Below, in pieces: positions 20,427-28,510 of a DNA stretch of 64,000 nt (position 1 is its first letter; each line of letters begins with the position of its first letter). Where the stretch lies: contig CAVSGO010000005.1 of assembly GCA_963727525.1 (NCBI GenBank), positions 672,001 to 736,000 on the forward strand, written 5' to 3'. The notes beneath the pieces were generated by a model. The model was not told the origin of the DNA. It made no database searches and saw only the letters and a list, made by a program, of their open reading frames with translations. The DNA comes from an uncultured bacterium (lineage in GTDB: Bacteria; Krumholzibacteriota; Krumholzibacteriia; LZORAL124-64-63). The position numbers were made by a program, and so were the translations under genes.

Positions 20427-21887
20427 TTGAATTTCGTGAAAAAGGTCGCGGGCCTGGCGCTCGTCGTCGGGACCACCGTATGGGCCGGACCGCTACTCGC
20501 ACGCACGATCAACGTCCCCGCCACCTACCCCTACATCAGTCTGGCGCTCCGCGTGGCCCGCAGTGGTGACCACGTTCGCGTACAGCCCGGCGTCTACCAC
20601 GAGTGGGGGCTCTACCTCACGAACGGTGTCATCCTCGAGGGCGCCACGGAAGAGCCGGGCGCAGTCACGATCGTGGGCAACGGCGGTTCCCGCGTACTGC
20701 TGGCGACGCATATCGACACCCTCGCCGTGGCCAAGGATCTGACGATCACCGGCGGCAATGCTGATGGGATCACCTATTACGACGGCAGTGGCGGCGGCAT
20801 GCTGATCAATGACGCACGCGTGAAGCTCGTGAGGGTGCGCTTCACAGGGAACAACGCGCGGTACAGTGGCGGCGGTCTCCGGCTCATCAGCGCCTCGCCC
20901 ACGCTGGTCGGCTGCGAGTTCCTGGACAACACCGCCGGGGACGGCGGCGGCGGCCTCGATTGCAGCTACGACGCGAGCCCGATGCTCGAATCGTGCACGT
21001 TGCGCAACAACAGCGCGGCCTGGGGTGGCGGCATATCGATCCGGAGCGATTCGGCGCCGACCATGATGACGTGTGCGTTCGTGGAAAACACGGTATTAGC
21101 CGGACCCGGACTCGGTGGCGGCCTGTTCTCCGATAGCCAGTCGCATCCCTCGCTCGTCATGTGCATGTTCAACGGCAATAAGGCCCGGTACGGCGGTGCT
21201 CTGGCCGCGGCGACGGGATCGAGCCTCGACATGACCAACTGCACGCTGCGGGCGAATGCCGCCACCCGCGAAGGTGGCGGCGTGTACGTGAAGCGATGCA
21301 TCCCGAACATCGTGCACACGATCATCGCCGAGAACGAGGGTGTGGCCGTGCACATCGGCGACGACTCGTTGCCGCAGTTCAACGCCTGCGACATCTGGGG
21401 CAACTCCGGCGGCGACTGGCTCGGCGCCATCGCCGGACAGAGCGGCGAGCAGGGGAACATGTCCGCAGATCCGCTCTTCTGCAGCGACACCGATCTTCAC
21501 ATCGATACCGCGTCTCCCTGCGCGCCGGCCCAGAACGACGTCGGACTCATCGGCGCGAACCTGCCTGGTTGTTCGAACCAAGCCATCGTCGTGAACGACG
21601 ACCTCCCGGTGCTCGTTCGCATGTCCGTGGCGCCCAATCCGTGCAATCCGGTCACGTCCGTCAACTTCGACCTCGACACCGCTCGGCGCGTGCGCTTGAC
21701 GGTCTACGACGTCAGCGGGCGACGGGTGCGCACGCTCGCCGATCAGACCTTCCCCGCCGGTACACAGTCGGTTTTATGGGATGGCCACGACGACGACGGG
21801 CGCGCGCTCGCGTCCGGCACCTATGTCGTGGCGTTCGCGGCCCAGGGAAAGAATCTCCAGACCACGAAGGTCCTGCTCGTCAAGTGA
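20427..21887 (+). CDS. Secreted right-handed beta-helix (GGG/FxxN repeat) protein with C-terminal FlgD-Ig-like domain
   Basis: Signal peptide, INVPATYP.I..A, repeated FxxN/GGG motifs, NMSADPLFC, PNPCNP...VYDVSGRRVRTL...WDGHDDDG. Confidence 0.85.
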   Translation: MNFVKKVAGLALVVGTTVWAGPLLARTINVPATYPYISLALRVARSGDHVRVQPGVYHEWGLYLTNGVILEGATEEPGAVTIVGNGGSRVLLATHIDTLAVAKDLTITGGNADGITYYDGSGGGMLINDARVKLVRVRFTGNNARYSGGGLRLISASPTLVGCEFLDNTAGDGGGGLDCSYDASPMLESCTLRNNSAAWGGGISIRSDSAPTMMTCAFVENTVLAGPGLGGGLFSDSQSHPSLVMCMFNGNKARYGGALAAATGSSLDMTNCTLRANAATREGGGVYVKRCIPNIVHTIIAENEGVAVHIGDDSLPQFNACDIWGNSGGDWLGAIAGQSGEQGNMSADPLFCSDTDLHIDTASPCAPAQNDVGLIGANLPGCSNQAIVVNDDLPVLVRMSVAPNPCNPVTSVNFDLDTARRVRLTVYDVSGRRVRTLADQTFPAGTQSVLWDGHDDDGRALASGTYVVAFAAQGKNLQTTKVLLVK

Positions 21888-22779
21888 TACGCCGCGCCAC
21901 GACCCCGGCTGCCGGTCGGCCATCGGGATCGAAGTCTTCGGTCTGCACCAGGCGCAGGAACAGTGGTGACGGCAGCAGGCGTGCCAGCTCGCCGCGACGC
22001 AGCCGGTGGCGCGCCTGGGGGTTGCCCACATAGCCCGGCGCGTCGCGAAACGTCCGCACGACAGCCACGCCGGCAGGCGCCAGGAGCCCCGGCAAGGCGC
22101 GCACGAGATCGCGCTGCAGGTAGCGGAACATGAGGACCACCGCCCACGGCCCGTCCGGAACGACGGCCGGGTTTCGCAGATCGGCTTCCACGAGCTGCAG
22201 CGTGACACCACGGCTCTCCGCCAGGCGCCGCGCGAGACGCAGCGCTTCCGGCTGGTGATCGATGCCCACCACGCGGTAACCGCGCTCCGCCAGCCAGACG
22301 CTCGCCCGGCCGCTGCCGCAGGCGATGTCGAGCACCGGCCCGGCGGCGGGCGGGGGCAACAGGTGCGCCCATCGCGCCAGGAAGCTGGGCGGCTGCCAGA
22401 GCGGTTGCCGCACCGTCCCGGAGCTCCGCCAGGGTTCGGGCGCGACGCATCCCGGGGGCCAGACCACGGCCTGGACCCGCGCACGGCCTCGCGCCTGCAG
22501 ATGTGCGCTGGCCCGCAAGGCGACGACGCGGTCTCCCGCCACGACGACGAGCTCGACCTCCCGCGGAGGCAGAAAGATCGACGGCACCTCGGCATCGAGC
22601 CACGCTTCCAGCCCCGCCGACGACCCGTCGTCACGCGGTATGTTGCAGGACCCCGGGAGATGGCCGCCCTCGAAGTCCGGAGCCGGGCGTAGATCGAGGA
22701 TCCGATTCGCGAGCCCTGTCCCTGCGGACACGAGCCGAGACAGATCGTTCGGTAGGACGAGGATGAAGTCGTCGCTCAC
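21880..22779 (-). CDS. Rhodanese-like domain fused to a class I SAM methyltransferase (TehB-like)
   Basis: ILDLRPAPDFEGGHLPGSCNIP; VLDIACGSGRASVWLAERGYRVVGID; FRYLQR. Confidence 0.8.
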   Translation of the reverse strand: MSDDFILVLPNDLSRLVSAGTGLANRILDLRPAPDFEGGHLPGSCNIPRDDGSSAGLEAWLDAEVPSIFLPPREVELVVVAGDRVVALRASAHLQARGRARVQAVVWPPGCVAPEPWRSSGTVRQPLWQPPSFLARWAHLLPPPAAGPVLDIACGSGRASVWLAERGYRVVGIDHQPEALRLARRLAESRGVTLQLVEADLRNPAVVPDGPWAVVLMFRYLQRDLVRALPGLLAPAGVAVVRTFRDAPGYVGNPQARHRLRRGELARLLPSPLFLRLVQTEDFDPDGRPAAGVVARRIT

Positions 22780-22892
22780 AGGCCCCCTCGCGAACGTTCA
22801 GGGTCTCCTTCCCCCGCCGTCCAGGATCTGATACCATCGCCGGCACGCGCTTTCCCGTGCCCCTTCGCCTTTCCGTGTCCCTGGGGTGGCCC

Positions 22893-23444
22893 ATGGTGCT
22901 GCGACACGCGATGCTGCCCACGCTCGCCGGCCCATTGCTGGTGGTGGCTGGACCGGATGGCCTGCGGTATCTGCGCATCCTGCCGGAAATTCATGCCTAC
23001 CGTCCCGACCTGGCCCGTCTGGTCCCGGGCATTCCCGGCGACGAGACCGAGCTGGTCGAGGATCCCGGAGCCTTCACGGCGCTGGCACGTCAGCTCGGCG
23101 AGTACTTCGCCGGGCTGCGGCGGGGATTCGACGAGCCACTGGCTCCGACCGGAACCTCGTTCCAGACGGCCGTCTGGCACCGCATCGCCACCATACCCTA
23201 CGGAAAGCTGCGGGCGTACGGGGAACTCGCAGCAGACCTGGGTCGCCCGCGGGCGACCCGCGCCGTCGGTCAGGCGGTGGCCCAGAACCCCCTGCCCATC
23301 GTGATCCCCTGCCACCGTGTGATCGGAGCCGGGGGCGCGCTCGTGGGGTTCGCGGGCGGGACTGATCTCAAGGCACGGCTCTTGCGACTCGAGGGCCACA
23401 CCCTGATCGGGGCCCGGCGGATCGCGCCTCCTCAGCTCTTCTGA
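22893..23444 (+). CDS. ogt: Methylated-DNA--protein-cysteine S-methyltransferase
   Basis: GTSFQTAVW, IPYG, RAVGQA..QNPLPIVIPCHRVIG active-site motif. Confidence 0.93.
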   Translation: MVLRHAMLPTLAGPLLVVAGPDGLRYLRILPEIHAYRPDLARLVPGIPGDETELVEDPGAFTALARQLGEYFAGLRRGFDEPLAPTGTSFQTAVWHRIATIPYGKLRAYGELAADLGRPRATRAVGQAVAQNPLPIVIPCHRVIGAGGALVGFAGGTDLKARLLRLEGHTLIGARRIAPPQLF

Positions 23445-23574
23445 GAGGACGCTCTGGCTTGCCGGTCGGGGCAATACTCCTCTAGATTGGGTTCGGCCAT
23501 CCTCGCATCAGGGACGAAACCGGGCGTGGCTGCTGCCGTGTGAACTGAATGTGTTCGAGCCATAGGAGCGGCTG

Positions 23575-26178
23575 ATGCACAAGTTCCGCAAGTTCGTCGT
23601 GACTCCGAGTCTGCCGCCGAAGCTCGCACCGCTGCTCGAGATCGCGCGGAATCTCTGGTGGATCTGGAATCCCGAAGCGATCGCGCTGCTGCGCCGCATC
23701 GATCCCGATCTCTGGGAAGAGCGCAATCACAATCCGATCGCCGTCCTCGGAAGCCTCTCGTCGGAGCGGTTCAACGAGCTGGCGCGCGACCCGGCCTTTC
23801 TCGCCCACCTCGAGAGCGTGCACGACGACCTGCAGCGTTACCTGCAGATGCCGTCGTGGTTCGAGGAGGAGCACCCCAACGTGAGTGGCAGCCGCATCGG
23901 GTACTTCTCCTTCGAGTTCGGACTGCACGAATGCCTGCCGCTCTACTCCGGCGGCCTCGGCTGCTTGGCGGGCGATCATCTGAAGTCGGCGACCGATCTC
24001 GGCATTCCGCTCGTGGCCGTGGGTCTGGCCTACCAGTACGGGTACTTCCGGCAATACCTGAACCACGACGGCTGGCAGCAGGAAGACTACCCGATCAACG
24101 ACTTCTACAACATGGTCATGACGCTCGAGAAAAACGCGGACGACACCCCCGTGGTCATCGAGATCGAGTATCCCGGCCGTGTGGTCAAGGCGCGCATCTG
24201 GCGCGTCCAGATCGGGCGCAATCCTCTGTTCCTGCTCGACACGAATCTCTTCGAGAACCGTCCCGAGGACCGCGACCTGACGAGCAAGCTCTACGGCGGC
24301 GACACCGACATGCGCATCCGCCAGGAGATCCTGCTGGGCATCGGCGGTCTGCGCGCCCTGAAGGCGTTGAACGTCGAACCCTCGGTGTGCCACCTCAACG
24401 AGGGCCACTCGGCTTTCCTCGCGCTCGAGCGCATCCGGTTGCTGATGGAGGAGCAGAAGCTCCCATACAGCGTGGCGTTCGAGCTGGTTCGTGCCACGAA
24501 CGTGTTCACGAGCCACACCCCCGTGCCGGCAGGCAATGACTACTTCGATCCCACCCTCGTGCGCACCTACCTCAAGGGCATGGCCGACCAGCTCGGGATC
24601 GGGCTGGAGGGCCTCCTCGCGCTCGGGCGCCAGGACCCGAACGACAAGGCCGAGTCGTTCTGCATGACCGTGCTCGCGCTGCGCCTCAGCCAGTTCGCCA
24701 ACGGCGTGAGCGAGCTGCACGGGCACGTGACACGGGACATGTGGAAGAAGATCTGGCCCGGCGTACCGGTGCACGAGATCCCGATCTCCCACATCACCAA
24801 CGGCATCCATACCCGCAGCTGGCAGTGCAACGAGCTGGCGCAGCTCTACGACCGCTACCTGGGACCGCGCTGGTACGACAAGCCAACCAATCACATGGTG
24901 TGGCAACGCGTCGACCGCATTCCCGACGCCGAGCTGTGGCGAGCGCACATGCGCATGCGCGAGCGCCTGGTGGGCTTCGTGCGGCGGCGCCTGCGCGCGC
25001 AGCTCGCGGCGCGCGGCGTGAGCCAGGCCTACGTGCAGGCCGCCGGCGAGGTGCTCGACCCGGATGCCATGACGATCGGATTCGCCCGACGGTTCGCGAC
25101 CTACAAGCGCGCCGACCTCGTGCTGCGCGACCCCGAGCGCCTTTCGCGCATCCTCAACAATCCCGATCGACCGGTGCAGATCATCTTCGCCGGCAAGGCG
25201 CACCCCAAGGATCATCCCGGCAAGGAACTGATCCGCAAGATCGTGCACCTGGCCCAACGCGACGACTTCCGCAACCGCATCGTCTTCCTCGAGGATTACA
25301 ACATCGAGGTCGCGCGCTACCTCGTGCAGGGTGTGGACATCTGGCTGAACAACCCCCGCCGTCCGCTCGAGGCCAGCGGCACCAGCGGCATGAAGGTGCC
25401 TGTGAATGGCGGCATCAACCTGTCGGTGCTCGACGGCTGGTGGTGCGAGGCGTACGACAAGCAGAACGGCTGGGCCATCGGCGCCGGCGAGATGTACGAG
25501 GATCCGGCATACCAGGACGAGGTGGAATCGACCAACCTCTACGAGTTGCTCGATAACGAGATCGCGCCGCTCTTCTACAAGCGCAGCAGCGACGACGTCC
25601 CGCGCGACTGGGTCCGCGTCATGAAGAATTCGATGAAGACCGTGAACACCGAGTTCAACACCAACCGCATGGTCGAGGAATATACCCAGCGCTTCTACAT
25701 GCCCTGCGTGGAGAACCGGCTGCGCCTGTTTGCGAACGACGCGAAGGATGCGGTGGAGCTGGCGCGCTGGCGCGCGCACGTGTCGCAGCACTGGCCCGCC
25801 GTGTCGGTGGCCGACATCGCAGCGGAGGACCAGGAGGCCCAGCCCATGGGTTCGAGCTTCCCGGTCCAGGCGACGATCGAGCTGGGCGACCTGGGCACGG
25901 GGGATATCCTCGTGGAGATCTACCACGGGTTGCTCGACCGCAATGGCGAGGTCATGAACGGCGAGACCGAGATCATGACGCCGGAACACGAGGGGGTGAC
26001 GGGGCGCGTGGTCTACACCGGCAGCATTCCCTGCCGACGCTCGGGGCAACGTGGTTTCACCGTGCGCGTGACCCCTCGCAACGCCGCCTTCCCCCTCAAC
26101 CGCTTCGAAACCGGACTCATCCGCTGGTATGGCGACGACGTCACGGCGCCGCGGCCGCGGGCCCAATACGCGTCGTGA
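23575..26178 (+). CDS. glgP: Alpha-glucan (glycogen) phosphorylase
   Basis: YSGGLGCLAGDHLKS, HLNEGH, GFARRFATYKRA, EASGTSGMK PLP motif, LSVLDGWW. Confidence 0.96.
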   Translation: MHKFRKFVVTPSLPPKLAPLLEIARNLWWIWNPEAIALLRRIDPDLWEERNHNPIAVLGSLSSERFNELARDPAFLAHLESVHDDLQRYLQMPSWFEEEHPNVSGSRIGYFSFEFGLHECLPLYSGGLGCLAGDHLKSATDLGIPLVAVGLAYQYGYFRQYLNHDGWQQEDYPINDFYNMVMTLEKNADDTPVVIEIEYPGRVVKARIWRVQIGRNPLFLLDTNLFENRPEDRDLTSKLYGGDTDMRIRQEILLGIGGLRALKALNVEPSVCHLNEGHSAFLALERIRLLMEEQKLPYSVAFELVRATNVFTSHTPVPAGNDYFDPTLVRTYLKGMADQLGIGLEGLLALGRQDPNDKAESFCMTVLALRLSQFANGVSELHGHVTRDMWKKIWPGVPVHEIPISHITNGIHTRSWQCNELAQLYDRYLGPRWYDKPTNHMVWQRVDRIPDAELWRAHMRMRERLVGFVRRRLRAQLAARGVSQAYVQAAGEVLDPDAMTIGFARRFATYKRADLVLRDPERLSRILNNPDRPVQIIFAGKAHPKDHPGKELIRKIVHLAQRDDFRNRIVFLEDYNIEVARYLVQGVDIWLNNPRRPLEASGTSGMKVPVNGGINLSVLDGWWCEAYDKQNGWAIGAGEMYEDPAYQDEVESTNLYELLDNEIAPLFYKRSSDDVPRDWVRVMKNSMKTVNTEFNTNRMVEEYTQRFYMPCVENRLRLFANDAKDAVELARWRAHVSQHWPAVSVADIAAEDQEAQPMGSSFPVQATIELGDLGTGDILVEIYHGLLDRNGEVMNGETEIMTPEHEGVTGRVVYTGSIPCRRSGQRGFTVRVTPRNAAFPLNRFETGLIRWYGDDVTAPRPRAQYAS

Positions 26179-26202
26179 GGACCGGCTCGTCGAGCACACT
26201 GA

Positions 26203-26238
26203 AAGGGTCCATCCCGCGGTGGACCCTTCGTCCTTTCT
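26203..26238. terminator. Hairpin between convergent glgP and the wHTH gene, probable terminator
   Basis: AAGGGTCCA-N8-TGGACCCTT with a pyrimidine-rich tail. Confidence 0.55.
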
Positions 26239-26248
26239 GAGCTATCGC

Positions 26249-26578
26249 CTAACCCAGACCAGGCACGATCCGTTTCAACTCGTCGATGTACGCCTGGAAC
26301 CGGCTCCGCCCGCCGCTAGAAAGCTTGACGACGGTACGCGGCCGCTTGCCGACGAAGTCCTTCGCGATCTCCACCATCCCCCCGGCCTCCAGCTTCGACA
26401 GGTGTACGGACAGCGTGCCGTCGGTGAGACCCGCCTCCACCTTCAGTTCGGTGAACGTGGCACCGGCCGCGTGCGTCGCCAGGTATGACAGGACGAGCAG
26501 TCGTGCACGACCGTGGATGAGAGGAGACAGCGGTGTGAGGTCGTCGCGCTCGGACGCGGACGCCGCCGATGCTGCCAC
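26249..26578 (-). CDS. Winged-helix transcriptional regulator (MarR/ArsR-like, HTH_34 type)
   Basis: LIHGRARLLVLSYL...FTELK...LTDGTLSVHLSKLEAGGMVEIAKDFVGKRPRT...GRSRF..YI..L. Confidence 0.9.
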   Translation of the reverse strand: MAASAASASERDDLTPLSPLIHGRARLLVLSYLATHAAGATFTELKVEAGLTDGTLSVHLSKLEAGGMVEIAKDFVGKRPRTVVKLSSGGRSRFQAYIDELKRIVPGLG

Positions 26579-26669
26579 GGGCGCTGGCCTCCCTGCCGTG
26601 CGCGCGGTGTCAGGTGGCGGCGTTCAGGGACCGGCGCGAGGCTGCGCGGCGAGGTGCCGGCCGGTCCCC

Positions 26670-26965
26670 GCCATCCGGAGGGTCGCCGCGGAATCCCTGC
26701 CACGGGGGTCGTCTACGCGCAGTGGGAGCAACACCGCGCGAACCGCGCATCCCTTCGCGGCGAGAGGTTGAATCGGGGGGCGGCTGGCACCCAGGACCAG
26801 TGACTCCGCCCCCCTTCGGCCGTCGGGGTTCCTTCCCCTTCCCCTTGCGGGGGTCCGTGCCTTGCGGCATGCGCTCCGTCCGGACCCGGCGTCAACCTCC
26901 AGACAGGCCCGCTTCCGTGACCTTGGCGGTTCCGCCTCCTTGCGGATGCCCGCCTGCCGGATGAC
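26670..26965 (-). ncRNA. Putative structured non-coding RNA or leader of unknown family
   Basis: No credible ORF; starts ~7 nt after a TTGACA-17-TAATAA promoter; 5' and 3' ends can pair; nested abutting helices; three CCGCAAGG GCAA-tetraloop hairpins. Confidence 0.55.
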
Positions 26966-26972
26966 ATATGCT

Positions 26973-27001
26973 TTATTAATTCAAGTACTTCATTTTGTCA
27001 A
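26973..27001 (-). promoter_or_regulatory. Near-consensus sigma70 promoter overlapped by an inverted repeat (candidate operator)
   Basis: TTGACA (27001-26996), 17-nt spacer, TAATAA (26978-26973) in an AT-rich patch; TACTT-N9-AAGTA at 26986-27004. Confidence 0.75.
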
Positions 27002-27154
27002 GTAACTTTTTCCGCGGGTACGGTCAGTCCGTTCCGCGGCGATCCGATCCCGCTTTACTCCACGAGGCCGCCCGCTATCTTTGGCGCGTATCCTGTATAT
27101 TCCGCACTGCAACCGGCGTCGCCGTGGGCCACCCGACACGCCGAGGAGGGCCGC

Positions 27155-28354
27155 ATGAAGACTGCGAAGTACATCGAGATCGAGGAGCGCTACGGAGCCC
27201 ACAACTACCACCCGCTCGACACGGTCATCGCGAAGGCGGAAGGCGTGTGGGTCGAGGACGTCGACGGAAAGCGGTACCTCGACTTTCTCGCAGCGTACAG
27301 CGCGGTCAATCAGGGGCACTGCCACCCGCGCATCCTCAAGGCATTGCAGCGTCAGGCACGCAAGGTGACGCTCACCAGCCGCGCGTTCCGCAACGACCAG
27401 CTCCCGCTCTTCTGCCAGGAGATCTGCGAACTCACCGGCTTCGCGAAGGTGTTACCGATGAACTCGGGCGCCGAGGCCGTGGAAACCGCGATCAAGGCCG
27501 CGCGCAAGTGGGGCGAGCAAGTCAAGGGCGTGCCGAAGGACAAGGGCGAGATCATCACCTGCGCCGGCAACTTCCATGGCCGTACCACGACCATCGTGAG
27601 CTTCTCCACCGACGAGCAGTATCGCGAGGGTTTCGGCCCGTTCACCCCCGGCTTCAAGACGATCCCCTTCGGCGATGCCGATGCGCTGGCCAAGGCGATC
27701 ACGCCGCACACGGTGGCATTCCTGGTGGAACCGGTGCAGGGCGAAGCGGGCATCGTGGTGCCGCCGGAGGGCTTCCTGAAACGCGCCGCCGAGCTGTGCC
27801 ACGAGCACCGCGTGCTGCTGATCTGCGATGAGATCCAGTCGGGCCTGGGGCGCACGGGCAAGCTCTTCGCCTACGAGTGGGACGGCGTGCAGCCCGACGG
27901 CCTGATCGTGGGCAAGGCGCTCTCGGGCGGCTTCCTGCCGGTGAGCGCGTTCCTGAGCAGCGACGAGGTGATGGACGTCTTCAAGCCGGGTGATCACGGG
28001 TCGACGTTCGGCGGCAGCCCGCTGGCGATGGCCGTGGCGCGCGAGGCACTCAAGGTGATCGTCGAGGAGGACCTCGTCGGTCAGAGCGCCAAACTCGGCC
28101 CGTGGTTCATGGAGAAGCTAGGTGAGATCAAGAGCAAGAGCATCGTCAAGGTACGTGGCAAGGGCCTGTGGATCGGCCTCGTCCTCAACACGCCGGCCCG
28201 CCCTTACTGCGAGGCCCTGAAGGGCGAGGGGGTCCTCTGCAAGGAGACCCACGAGAACGTCATCCGCTTCGCGCCGCCACTGGTGATCACGAAGAAAGAA
28301 CTGAACTGGGCCCTGCGCCGCGTGGCGAAGGTGTTCAAGCGCATCGACGGCTAG
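27155..28354 (+). CDS. rocD: Ornithine--oxo-acid aminotransferase
   Basis: GAHNYHPL, YSAVNQGHCHP, TLTSRAF, LPMNSGAEAVETAIK, DEIQSGLGRTG, GKALSGG, HGSTFGG. Confidence 0.95.
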   Translation: MKTAKYIEIEERYGAHNYHPLDTVIAKAEGVWVEDVDGKRYLDFLAAYSAVNQGHCHPRILKALQRQARKVTLTSRAFRNDQLPLFCQEICELTGFAKVLPMNSGAEAVETAIKAARKWGEQVKGVPKDKGEIITCAGNFHGRTTTIVSFSTDEQYREGFGPFTPGFKTIPFGDADALAKAITPHTVAFLVEPVQGEAGIVVPPEGFLKRAAELCHEHRVLLICDEIQSGLGRTGKLFAYEWDGVQPDGLIVGKALSGGFLPVSAFLSSDEVMDVFKPGDHGSTFGGSPLAMAVAREALKVIVEEDLVGQSAKLGPWFMEKLGEIKSKSIVKVRGKGLWIGLVLNTPARPYCEALKGEGVLCKETHENVIRFAPPLVITKKELNWALRRVAKVFKRIDG

Positions 28355-28510
28355 CGGACCGACGAGTCCCTTGAATCCCTGATACGGTGGGCGTTCCCCT
28401 GAAGGAACGCCCATCGTCGCGTCTGTGGGGCGTTTTGACTACGCGACTCCATCCTGTATCATCATGCAGCCACGTGGGTCACCAGCCAACCCGCTGGAAG
28501 GGGGACATCC

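Noticed and set aside
23482-26199. Long antisense ORFs (905 aa opposite glgP; similar ones opposite rho, the tricorn gene and tamB)
   Set aside because: Shadow ORFs are expected from high-GC codon bias; they show no recognisable motifs.
26670-26965. Assignment to c-di-GMP-I, c-di-AMP, lysine or cobalamin riboswitch, SRP, RNase P, 6S, tmRNA or tRNA-Sec
   Set aside because: Diagnostic conserved motifs were not found by eye; there is only a loose resemblance to part of the c-di-GMP-I P2 stem. A covariance-model search is needed.
26610-26967. Short ORFs (84-86 aa) over the candidate RNA
   Set aside because: Arg/Gly/Pro-rich with no convincing protein features. A leaderless peptide from ATG 26967 cannot be fully excluded.
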